Part shown: positions 42,218 through 51,725 of the stretch, one piece after another | How positions within the stretch are numbered: position 1 is the first letter of the stretch | Layout of the letters: every line of letters starts with the position of its first letter | Assembly (NCBI GenBank): GCA_051117555.1 | Contig: JBNPEG010000016.1 | Coordinates: 1-64,000 of the forward strand | Source of the DNA: Elainellaceae cyanobacterium | GTDB taxonomy: Bacteria > Cyanobacteriota > Cyanobacteriia > CAZCXK01 | Direction: 5' to 3' | Length of the DNA stretch: 64,000 nucleotides | Position numbers and translations under genes: made by a program | Notes under the pieces: model-generated | Database searches by the model: none | Told to the model about the DNA's origin: nothing | What the model saw: the letters and a program-made list of their open reading frames with translations, nothing else

Positions 42218-44041
42218 ATGTTAATTTCTCTTCAGATTGAAAACTTTGCGCTCGTTGATCACCTAGACCTCTCGTTTGGTTCTGGGCTGAATGTGCTCAC
42301 CGGCGAAACGGGTGCCGGAAAGTCTATTATTCTGGATGCACTCGATGCGGCGTTAGGAGGCAAAACATCTAGCCGTGCCGTTCGCACCGGAGCAGAACGC
42401 AGCCTAATCGAGGCTCGTTTTGATCTTGATCCGATGCTCAGGGAATGGTTAAAGGCACAAGACATTGAACCTGATAATGATATGGCGCTTATCTGCACCC
42501 GCGAGTTGACGCCTGGGAAAGGCGGGGTTCGCAGTCGTTCGCGTGTCAATGGAATGCTTGTCAACAAGCAACAGATGGAGTCTTTGCGCGATCGCCTTGT
42601 TGAGATTACAGCCCAGGGACAGACTGTTCAGTTGGGTCAATCGAGCCTGCAACGCGACTGGCTAGACGGGTTTGGAGGCGTAGCGTTGATTCAGCAGCGA
42701 GAAACGGTCGCAAAGACCTACGGTGCATTTCAGCAAGCGTCGCAAGCACTCGATCGGCGGCGACAGATGGAAGAACAGCGGCTTCAGCAGCTTGACCTGT
42801 TTGAATACCAGGCCAAAGAGCTAAGAGATGCCGATCTCAACGATCCAGATGAACTCGATCAGCTTGAGCAAGAGCGCCAGCGACTCAGCCATAGCGTTGA
42901 GCTTCAGCAGCAAAGTTATGAAGTCTACCAATCCCTATATCAGAATGATGCGGGCGACAGTGCGTGTGCTGATTTGTTAGGCAAAGCCCAAGGCGTACTA
43001 GAAGATATGGTGCGCTATGACACTCAAGTTCAGCCCATTTTAGAACTGGTGAGTGGCGCCCTCGCCCAAGTTGAGGAAGCCGGACGAGAAATCAATGCTT
43101 ATGGCGAGGGCCTCGAAACAGATCCTGAACGGCTGAGTGAGGTTGAAGTACGAATTGTGCAACTGAAGCAGATTTGCCGGAAGTATGGTCCGACGTTGGC
43201 GGAGGCGATCGCCCATAATCAGCGTATCCAAACAGAGTTAGACGAGCTCAGCGATAGTGGTCAGTCGATCGAGGTGTTAGAAGAGGCATACCACAAGCGG
43301 CAGGCTGAACTCGAGAAGGTGTGCATGAAGCTCACAGAAATGAGGCGTGCTGCCGCTCAGCAACTTGAAAACGTGCTGCTCAAAGAGCTAAAACCTCTAG
43401 CTATGGATAAGGTGCAATTTAAGGTAAAGATTGCGCCATGTTTGCCGACTGCCAACGGGGCTGACCAGCTCACGTTTATGTTTAGCCCCAACCCAGGAGA
43501 ACCATTGCAGCCACTTGCAGATATTGCTTCAGGTGGAGAAATGAGCCGCTTTTTGCTGGCGCTAAAGGCATGCCTGTCTCAGGTGGATGCAGTGGGCACG
43601 ATGGTCTTTGACGAGATTGATGTGGGAGTATCAGGGCGAGTCGCTCAGGCGATCGCCGAAAAGCTCAATCAACTAAGCCATCGCCATCAGATTCTCTGTG
43701 TGACTCACCAACCCATTGTGGCCGCAATGGCAGATACCCATCTACGGGTCGATAAGCAGGTCATTGATCACACGCCTCCGCAAGAGACGACACCTAAGCG
43801 GGGGCGTAAGTCGAAGAAGAAGCAGGCCGACGCCGAACAGAAGGTTGCGGCAACCGCAAATGACGAGGTGAGAACAGTCGTGCGAGTCGTTACATTAGAT
43901 GAGCGACAGCGGCGAGAAGAACTTGCTCAACTGGCGGGAGGCAAATCAGATCACGATGCGATCGCCTTTGCAGAGTCGTTGCTCACCCAAGCTGCCAACA
44001 CGCGGATTGCCCGGCCTTTACCCACCGCGGTAAATTCTTAG
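42218..44041 (+). CDS. recN: DNA repair protein RecN
   Basis: TGETGAGKS, coiled coil, ASGGEMSR, FDEIDVGVSG, VTHQP. Confidence 0.96.
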   Translation: MLISLQIENFALVDHLDLSFGSGLNVLTGETGAGKSIILDALDAALGGKTSSRAVRTGAERSLIEARFDLDPMLREWLKAQDIEPDNDMALICTRELTPGKGGVRSRSRVNGMLVNKQQMESLRDRLVEITAQGQTVQLGQSSLQRDWLDGFGGVALIQQRETVAKTYGAFQQASQALDRRRQMEEQRLQQLDLFEYQAKELRDADLNDPDELDQLEQERQRLSHSVELQQQSYEVYQSLYQNDAGDSACADLLGKAQGVLEDMVRYDTQVQPILELVSGALAQVEEAGREINAYGEGLETDPERLSEVEVRIVQLKQICRKYGPTLAEAIAHNQRIQTELDELSDSGQSIEVLEEAYHKRQAELEKVCMKLTEMRRAAAQQLENVLLKELKPLAMDKVQFKVKIAPCLPTANGADQLTFMFSPNPGEPLQPLADIASGGEMSRFLLALKACLSQVDAVGTMVFDEIDVGVSGRVAQAIAEKLNQLSHRHQILCVTHQPIVAAMADTHLRVDKQVIDHTPPQETTPKRGRKSKKKQADAEQKVAATANDEVRTVVRVVTLDERQRREELAQLAGGKSDHDAIAFAESLLTQAANTRIARPLPTAVNS

Positions 44042-44042
44042 C

Positions 44043-46343
44043 TTACTGTCTCCGATCGCTATTGTTGCCTCGCTTAAGTGCTTTGAGTTGGTTCCGAAGC
44101 TGCTCTAAATTGGGGATTTGCCCTCCGTAGCGCCAACCCACATAGGCATGCGAAATCGCGTGAATGATGTCGGCTTGAGCCGGCGTGGAGTAGTCATCGA
44201 GCTGGCGAGCATATTCGAGGGGCGTTTGGGCGGATGATTTGCGAAAGCCTTGAACTGCTAACCCCCGCAGCATTTGTTGATAGATCGACTCGACGGGAGG
44301 CAAGCGGCTTAGCCAAAGGCGATCGCGCAAGGTGCGTGCCCCATTTCCGATCAGCCAGCCCGCAAATGCCAGCCCAGACACAATGCCCACGCCCAGCAAA
44401 AATCCGCTCCATCCCTCCGTGAACAGCGCAGAAACCCAGCCAATTGCTTGCCCCAGCCGAGTAACAATCCAGATAAACACGCCGCTTAGAAAACCAGAAA
44501 CGGGCGACGGCAGCCATCCTGCAATCCAGTTCCAAAATCGGCGCAATAGGCTGAATGTTTCATAGTCGGTGATGGATGGTGGAATCACATCATGCCCTGG
44601 AATCGGATCAAACATGAACCAACCCTGTTTGCCAAAATACACCTCAGTAAGGGCATAGGCATCGGTATTGCGAACCACATAGAATCCGGTGAAGGGGTTG
44701 AATTCTCCCGATCCAAACCCTGCCACGAGTCGGGCTGGGATGCCGATGGAGCGCAGCATCAGGGTGAGTGTGGTAGAAAAATGGTCAGGATAGCCTCCGT
44801 CGTAGCGAAAGAGAAATGCGTCGACCAGGTCTTCATCGTCACTCAAAAAGGGCAAATCAGGCTGGATCGTATAATTTTGTTTGAGAAATTGGGCCAGATA
44901 AAGCGCAATTTCGTAGGGATCTGATAGGGGATTTGGGGACTCCGCTAAGATTTCTTCAGTCCGCAGGCGCACCCGCTCAGCGATCGCCTCCGGTATTTGC
45001 AAATACGTCGATCGAATTTCGTCGCTGTAGGTTGTGTTCGCCTGGCGCAACTGGGTGCGATCGCGATAGGGCACCAACGAAATGGCGGTGTAGGTGAGTC
45101 CTTCAGTGAGTAATACGGGCGATCGCACTCCCCCCTCTGCGTCAACGACAATTTCCCGAGTTGGAAAAAATAGTTGCCACGCTTCATACATCGCTGGGAT
45201 GAGGTTCGGCAATTCAGACACGATCGTATAAGACTGCACTACTTCGCGAGTTCGACCGACCGGCACCGATGAGGGCAGCAAAAATCGAAACGACCACTCG
45301 GGTCGACTGAGCAGTGTCAGATGAGTGTCGTCATTACGAGAAATTTCCCATCCCTGGCCCGTGTAATGGTCAAACGCAAGCACGCGCCAAAATCCCTCAG
45401 CTTGCGATCGCACCCGCATGACGACTTTGGGGGTTAGAGTGCCCCGCAAATTCTGGTTAATTCTTGAATTAAACCCATAATATGAATCACTGTTGAGCTG
45501 TCCGGGGCCGTCTTCGAATCCGCCTTCTCCAGAGCTGGAGCCGCCACTCTGCGAACGTTGTCCCTCACGCACGTAGCCCGGATTGGTAATGGTGCCACTA
45601 TCAAAGTCTCCATCGAAATCGATCGGTGCGCTGACCGGAAACGTTCGCAGTTGATAGCCGGGTAGACGGGGTAAACAGGCGAAGATCACTAGCCCAAGCC
45701 CGATGGTGATGGCTAAGATAATGGCTAGCTTTTTGAAGGAAATTTGAGAGTCAAGCCGCTTAAACCCTTTGGGAAGAAGCCCTAAGCGCGAACGGTAGTC
45801 GAGCATGAGGACGGGCAGGGCGATCGCCAAAAACAGCAGCAGCAACGGAGCAAACACCAAGGTTTGGCTAAGCGTAGCGGCTACGCCGATGAGGATCAGC
45901 CCAATCATCATCGAGTACCCCAAATCTTTGCGCCGGGGCAGGTCAAAGCTGTGAAAGACTTGGAGTTGAATCAACAATTCGGCCAAGGCAAGTCGGGTAT
46001 CAGATTGCTCAGCTAATAAGTTGACAAAAAATAAGCCCAGCGCAATTAGCATGGCGATCGCGATGCAAAATTTAACCGGAATGTTGCGACTGCGTCGACG
46101 ATACCAGCTCCAAATCGCTCCTCCCGCACTCATTGGCACGGCCCAGAGGCTAATCCATAACGGCACGGCCACGTCTGCTGACGCCACATCGGTGGCAATG
46201 ATGCCTACCGTGACCAACAACTGCACCAAGATTCTCAGAGTGATTGAGTCTTCAGGCTCAGGGCGAGGGGCTGACTCGATGCGCTGCCAGAGTTGCTTAA
46301 GGAGGGGAATTTGGGGCGATCGCTGAGGAGAACTAATCGACAT
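44043..46343 (-). CDS. DUF3488 / transglutaminase-like / DUF4129 membrane protein (TgpA-like)
   Basis: N-terminal TMs, WRVLAFDHYTG..W, LRSIGIPARLVAGF, W..FDP, TPLEYA. Confidence 0.85.
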   Translation of the reverse strand: MSISSPQRSPQIPLLKQLWQRIESAPRPEPEDSITLRILVQLLVTVGIIATDVASADVAVPLWISLWAVPMSAGGAIWSWYRRRSRNIPVKFCIAIAMLIALGLFFVNLLAEQSDTRLALAELLIQLQVFHSFDLPRRKDLGYSMMIGLILIGVAATLSQTLVFAPLLLLFLAIALPVLMLDYRSRLGLLPKGFKRLDSQISFKKLAIILAITIGLGLVIFACLPRLPGYQLRTFPVSAPIDFDGDFDSGTITNPGYVREGQRSQSGGSSSGEGGFEDGPGQLNSDSYYGFNSRINQNLRGTLTPKVVMRVRSQAEGFWRVLAFDHYTGQGWEISRNDDTHLTLLSRPEWSFRFLLPSSVPVGRTREVVQSYTIVSELPNLIPAMYEAWQLFFPTREIVVDAEGGVRSPVLLTEGLTYTAISLVPYRDRTQLRQANTTYSDEIRSTYLQIPEAIAERVRLRTEEILAESPNPLSDPYEIALYLAQFLKQNYTIQPDLPFLSDDEDLVDAFLFRYDGGYPDHFSTTLTLMLRSIGIPARLVAGFGSGEFNPFTGFYVVRNTDAYALTEVYFGKQGWFMFDPIPGHDVIPPSITDYETFSLLRRFWNWIAGWLPSPVSGFLSGVFIWIVTRLGQAIGWVSALFTEGWSGFLLGVGIVSGLAFAGWLIGNGARTLRDRLWLSRLPPVESIYQQMLRGLAVQGFRKSSAQTPLEYARQLDDYSTPAQADIIHAISHAYVGWRYGGQIPNLEQLRNQLKALKRGNNSDRRQ

Positions 46344-46471
46344 GCTGATTTATCAATGGGCAGTGCCCAGTTGTCGTCAATTGATCGGGTACAACATACG
46401 AGTACAGCGCACAACGTCACCGATCATCAGACATCATAACAGTCTTAAATTTTCACGGCTCTCAGCCAGAT

Positions 46472-48475
46472 GTGAATACAATAGCAGAGGGTTTTCCCCC
46501 TTACCGTTTGGGATTGAATCAACTTGTGAAACACCGCGCCAACCATCCTGCTATTGTGTCCGCAACGGCGGCATCTGGGTTTTTTATAGGAATTATCGCC
46601 GCATTTTTGACGCTCGAAGCGGGTCGCTTAGTATCCAAATCAACTCCTGAAAACAGTCCCTATCAAGCATTAGAGGGGCTTTCATCGATTAACAACACCG
46701 CAGAAACATTGCTACCGTCTGCAAATGGGAGACCTCAATTGTTTCCGAAGCCGGAGGCAGATGAAGTTTGGGAGTGTGACGTGGTCGTAGTTGGTGGCTC
46801 ATTAGGTGGGGTTGCTGCTGCCTCGCATGCCATGAAATCAGGAGCCCAAACCTGTTTGATTGAACTGACGCCCTGGTTGGGTGGGCAAATTAGCTCCCAA
46901 GGAGTCTCCGCCATAGACGAGTCTCAAGCAATGCGTCGCATGGGCAATTTTTCCCAAAGTTGGATCGCATTTAAGCGCCTGATCGAACAACAACCGCTGA
47001 ACCTGCCTCTCTGGTCGCATGTCAATGGCAAATCAGTACGCGATACCAATAGCTGTTGGGTTGGCAAGCTTTGCTTTCCGCCGAACGCTGGAGCGATCGC
47101 CTCTCAACGTTTGCTCGAACAGTCGGCAGAGGAGGAACCCCAAAGTCGATGGGCAACGTCGACAGCCTTGAAGGGCGCAGAGTTTGATCCCACTGGTAGA
47201 TCGATTACAGCCATTCACGCCGTGCGGCGCATTCCTCGTGAAGAGGATTATATTCCCGACGGACGCCCGTCAACCGAATTGCCCACGTGGTATTCTTGGG
47301 CCGAAGATCAGGTCTTTGAGAAAGTCTCGCTTCGGCTTCAAGCACCTGCCAATCAGCCCCTACGCGTAATTGATGCAACTGATACGGCTGAACTCGTTGC
47401 CTGGTCAGGGCTGCCGTATCGCGTGGGGTCTGATTCGCGCGCCACAACGGGGGAAGTCCATGCGGCTGATTTCGATAATCCAGACTGCACTCAAGCGTTT
47501 ACATTTCCATTTTCGTTGGCCATTCATGATGATGGCGGGCAGAGCCTCAAACGATTGGAAGCTGTTCAGCCTGAATATAACGTGGACGAACATTGGCAAG
47601 AATTTTCGCTGAACGGATTTTCGATGTTTGCAGGACGAAGCGTCTTCAACTATCGACGCATGATCAGCCAAACTCGGAACGATCCCATGTATGGAACCCC
47701 CGTTCCCGGCGATATTACATTGGTGAATTGGAATCCTGGAAATGACTGGAATTGGATGGATCCGCCGCTGCTCCTGCTGGACGATGCACTCACCGAGACT
47801 GGGCAATACTGGAACTGGATGGGAGGGCTGTCAATCAGCGCATTGCAGCATGGAGAACATCATGCATTACTGTTTGCTCGATGGCTGATTGAGAATCAAG
47901 CCAACTCCGACGTTCCGTTGAGCCAATTAGCAGGAGAACATTCTCCCACGGGAACTCGATCGGGCTTGAGTATGATGCCTTATTTCCGAGAAGGGCGGCG
48001 CATCTTAGGGCGGGCTGCGTATGGTCAACCCGAATTCTATATGCGAGAAGCAGATATTCGTCGCGATCTCTCAGGAGGTCGAGACTTGAGCGGAACGGCG
48101 ATCGCCCTCGTTCACTACGATATTGATATTCACGGCTGCCGCTATCGCAATTGGCTGCCGTCTGGAGAAGCCACCCGAGCACCTGCTAATGAATCATCTG
48201 TGCATCCGATCGCCGTTCCTCTTGAGAGTTTGATCCCTCAAGAGGTTGATAATTTATTGATGGGCGGTAAAGGAATTGCGGTTAGCCACATTGTCAACGC
48301 AGCTACCCGAGTTCACTACAGCGAATGGAGCATTGGCGCAGCAGCAGGTGCGACGGCTGGCTGGCTGGTTAGAGATGCCCCGCCCGATCTAATGCCTGCT
48401 GAAATTGTGGCGAATGGCCACATGCGGCAGTTGCAGGCTCATCTGGAAGACCAAGGGCTGCGCCTACATTGGTGA
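46472..48475 (+). CDS. FAD-dependent oxidoreductase with N-terminal anchor (start uncertain)
   Basis: DVVVVGGSLGGVAAA, WLGGQISSQGVSA.DE, IDATDT, PYFREGRRI. Confidence 0.85.
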   Translation: MNTIAEGFPPYRLGLNQLVKHRANHPAIVSATAASGFFIGIIAAFLTLEAGRLVSKSTPENSPYQALEGLSSINNTAETLLPSANGRPQLFPKPEADEVWECDVVVVGGSLGGVAAASHAMKSGAQTCLIELTPWLGGQISSQGVSAIDESQAMRRMGNFSQSWIAFKRLIEQQPLNLPLWSHVNGKSVRDTNSCWVGKLCFPPNAGAIASQRLLEQSAEEEPQSRWATSTALKGAEFDPTGRSITAIHAVRRIPREEDYIPDGRPSTELPTWYSWAEDQVFEKVSLRLQAPANQPLRVIDATDTAELVAWSGLPYRVGSDSRATTGEVHAADFDNPDCTQAFTFPFSLAIHDDGGQSLKRLEAVQPEYNVDEHWQEFSLNGFSMFAGRSVFNYRRMISQTRNDPMYGTPVPGDITLVNWNPGNDWNWMDPPLLLLDDALTETGQYWNWMGGLSISALQHGEHHALLFARWLIENQANSDVPLSQLAGEHSPTGTRSGLSMMPYFREGRRILGRAAYGQPEFYMREADIRRDLSGGRDLSGTAIALVHYDIDIHGCRYRNWLPSGEATRAPANESSVHPIAVPLESLIPQEVDNLLMGGKGIAVSHIVNAATRVHYSEWSIGAAAGATAGWLVRDAPPDLMPAEIVANGHMRQLQAHLEDQGLRLHW

Positions 48476-48521
48476 GATGAATAGATGAGCTGCATCTGCA
48501 TGAGTGGTGACCGGATAGCTG

Positions 48522-49532
48522 CTACGTCGGCATGTGTTGAAATTCTGGCTGGGTTAACGTCGACTGAACGCTGCCATCATCTAACCAGATTGACAAATCG
48601 CGCTGGAGCAGGTCTTGCAACTGCAAGATGTCGTCTCGATACAGGGTGATTAGCCGCTGGCGATCGCGCTTAGACATTGTGGGTTGACGCTTTGTCAAAT
48701 TTTTTTTCTGAATGGTGACTCTCAATGCTGACCCTGCTCGCTGTATTGAATCAGGAAGCATCTTTCTGAGCAGCCGATTGCCGACATTATCCGTTTGCAA
48801 GAAGCGGTTGAGCGCCAGCATTCCCTGATGCAAGGCTGGATTTTGGGGCATGCTGCCTTTGTTGTGTCGAATCGATGTATCCGGAACAAAGGACGGATCA
48901 ACCTCTAAAAACTCAAAGATGCTGCTCATGATTCGTCGCGGATGCGTGCAGAAATTTTGGTAGAGATAAACCCGGATCTGGCTAGAGCCAAATTGCTGGT
49001 AGTAGCGGCTGAGCTGAGTATGGTAGAACCCAAGCCGAACAAAGTGCCGATGCCCCCACCAAATACTTGGATGGTCAATAGGTTCTGCATCAATTGCATC
49101 TGAGAACCGAGTCAGCGTTTCGTGTCCACGCTGAACATACTGCATATAGTGAGAAAATGCCCGGTCGACTGGGTTTCGCAAAATTACGATGAGTTTCATA
49201 TCAGGGCGATAGCGGCGAATCAGCTTCGGCACCGTAGAACTGTAGAGGTAGAGCGGAGAGGCTTCGCCAATCGCGGTTTCTGATGTAACTCCATCAAACT
49301 GGCGATGATAGGCATCTAAATCGGTAATAGCATTTTCGTAGAGCCAATCGTAGCGCCATTTTCCATCTGAATCAACCGGATTATCGTCGATATTGTCTAT
49401 AGGCTGGAGCGCAAAAAAATTGAGCTCCTTTTGGGGGCTCATGTAAATATCAGGATGCTGATTCAGATAATGATAAAGAGACGTAGTGCCTGATTTTGCG
49501 GCACCAATCACTAGAAAATTTGGCTTATTCAT
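48522..49532 (-). CDS. PAPS-dependent sulfotransferase
   Basis: IGAAKSGTTSL (5'-PSB), GEASP.Y, LRNPVDRAFS (3'-PB). Confidence 0.92.
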   Translation of the reverse strand: MNKPNFLVIGAAKSGTTSLYHYLNQHPDIYMSPQKELNFFALQPIDNIDDNPVDSDGKWRYDWLYENAITDLDAYHRQFDGVTSETAIGEASPLYLYSSTVPKLIRRYRPDMKLIVILRNPVDRAFSHYMQYVQRGHETLTRFSDAIDAEPIDHPSIWWGHRHFVRLGFYHTQLSRYYQQFGSSQIRVYLYQNFCTHPRRIMSSIFEFLEVDPSFVPDTSIRHNKGSMPQNPALHQGMLALNRFLQTDNVGNRLLRKMLPDSIQRAGSALRVTIQKKNLTKRQPTMSKRDRQRLITLYRDDILQLQDLLQRDLSIWLDDGSVQSTLTQPEFQHMPT

Positions 49533-49849
49533 TGGAGCACCTCATTAATCAATGGTTCGTGAAATATGCGAACGATATGACCTTCGGTCGACCTATGGAT
49601 TTCCAATGGGGGGCTTTGAATCGTGATGTGCGTTACGACACACGCGAATGGAAATTCATTAGACAAAGAGGTCAAACCTTTTCCAGAACACGGAATTTGA
49701 GGGAAATTATCTTCCCCCAATAATTAGATCCAATTAGATCCAATAATCAGATGGGGTATGCACGACCATTTCAAATTATTGTAATGGGATAAGCCTCATG
49801 CTATTCGAATCAAATCATCAAAAATGCTAAGAAACACTCATTTTTAGAA

Positions 49850-51127
49850 TTATTTGAAACGAGAAAATGTTTCACGAATAGCTTGCTTGTAAAACTCAGA
49901 AATATGGTCCCAGCTTAATACGATGTGTTGATTCGCTAATTTTCCTGTGTTGAGATTTTGAATTAAAGTCGTTTCCATCTCAGTCAGGGTGCCTAGATCA
50001 GGTAGGTGTTGCAATAGTTGAATGTAGGATTCGGTTTGATTTTCGACAAGGAAACCATAGCAACCGTGATCCAGCAAATGATTCATGCGATCGCACGGAA
50101 TCGTCATAACCAGGCGGCCACAGGCAAGATATTCACAAACTTTAAGACTGGCTGAAGTAAACTGGTGTTCCGGAAACAGTGATTTGTTATACGGAGCAAC
50201 GCACAGATTTGCGGCTCCGATATACAGAGCAGCTTGGTCTTGTGACACTTTGCCATGAAAAATAGTAGGTGAGGAATAGTGCCGAGCGAATCTCTTGAGT
50301 TCTCGACGTTTCATTCCATCTCCCAGGATGTGTAGCACGATGTTTGGATGATGGATCTGTCCGAGTGCTTGGATTAGAGGAGCCGGTTCTTGAATAAATC
50401 GATTGAGAGAACCCACATAGACCAGAACAAATGCATCTGGGGCGATGCCGAGCTGCTGACGACATGCTGGGCGATCGCGCGGATAGAAAATAGTGGGGTC
50501 GACACCATTGGGAATGGCATAGATATTGACATCAGGCTTAATGCGTTGGTGTTTTAACAGAAACTGCTTCATTTGTTCTGTTTCAACGATGAGGCTGTGG
50601 GTCTGGTTGATCCAACGTTGCCTCAAGTGGGGCAAAATCGTTGCCATTATCGTGGTATTGAGTTCGGTGCGCCAGTGTTTCCACGATCGCAACGAAACAC
50701 GCTTAGCCGTATAAAATTCAGCTTCATGGATTGAAATTGCGGGTACACCCCGTCGGCTAAAGGCGCTTGCCAGTGAGCCCACCAAAATCCACTGCCGTTC
50801 GATGATGAGATCAAACTGTCGGGCATGGTCGTGGGCAAATTTTTCTAATTGGTTGAGATAAGAAAATGCTTTGAAAGGATTAGTCGGGCTGAAGTAAACG
50901 CTTTCAGATGAAGTAGACTCGGTTGAGTTTGACAGAAGAATCGTAAGATATGAATGCTCTGGAGGCACATCAGCCTTCAAAATTGAGCGGAAGACGAGCG
51001 TGATGTCGAATTCATCTTTTAGCGCGTTGACAATCGGAATGGTGTTTAAGACATAGGTCGTATCGGGAACATAGTTGATTCCCGGCAATGCCAGGCATAT
51101 TTTAGGTTTTCTAGAATTTGAGTTCAT
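49850..51127 (-). CDS. Glycosyltransferase family 4-like
   Basis: IPNGVD...F, YVGSL, ILGDG, SLKVCEYLACG. Confidence 0.88.
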   Translation of the reverse strand: MNSNSRKPKICLALPGINYVPDTTYVLNTIPIVNALKDEFDITLVFRSILKADVPPEHSYLTILLSNSTESTSSESVYFSPTNPFKAFSYLNQLEKFAHDHARQFDLIIERQWILVGSLASAFSRRGVPAISIHEAEFYTAKRVSLRSWKHWRTELNTTIMATILPHLRQRWINQTHSLIVETEQMKQFLLKHQRIKPDVNIYAIPNGVDPTIFYPRDRPACRQQLGIAPDAFVLVYVGSLNRFIQEPAPLIQALGQIHHPNIVLHILGDGMKRRELKRFARHYSSPTIFHGKVSQDQAALYIGAANLCVAPYNKSLFPEHQFTSASLKVCEYLACGRLVMTIPCDRMNHLLDHGCYGFLVENQTESYIQLLQHLPDLGTLTEMETTLIQNLNTGKLANQHIVLSWDHISEFYKQAIRETFSRFK

Positions 51128-51203
51128 ACGTGCATACTCACCTCGACTGAGACGTGAATGATGGGAAAGGAGTCAGTTAATTACAGGTTTTATCATTAAC
51201 AGT

Positions 51204-51437
51204 ATGAAAGAATTTCTCGCCTGTTTAGTGGATAAAAAACTGATGCCAACTGGGTTGCGGGTTGCTGCAATTGTGGGGTCACTGTTGTTTGCAATCAATC
51301 ACGGGTCGGCATTAATTCATGGGCGAATGACGCGCGATCGCTGGATTTCGGCGAGTTTAACCTATGTTGTTCCCTATATGGTGAATATTCACGGTCAATA
51401 TGTTAGCCGCACTCGCGAGCGAATGGCTCAGCGATAA
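51204..51437 (+). CDS. nrtS: NrtS-family small nitrate/nitrite transporter
   Basis: A.IVGSLLFAINHG, LTYVVPYMVNIHGQ. Confidence 0.82.
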   Translation: MKEFLACLVDKKLMPTGLRVAAIVGSLLFAINHGSALIHGRMTRDRWISASLTYVVPYMVNIHGQYVSRTRERMAQR

Positions 51438-51725
51438 TGAACGATAATGGTTGAATTAACGAATAATCGCCCATTTTTTTGAAATGCAAATGGCTGGATG
51501 GAAGCCGTATGTGAAGGTTTTGGCATTTGGCTATCACAACAGTTTTCAACGCATGTGTCAGAATTGGGTTGGCTTCATGTAAGCCAAGAAGGGGCTGGTC
51601 ATGTTCGGGTAAGCAAAATTGCCGATTTCGTAACTGACTGTCCCGGATTTTGGATGCGGCTGTAATCCAGCCAACATGCGCCAATGTTTTGTCCTGCCTG
51701 ATTCCCTGACTGGTGTTTGAGCTAC

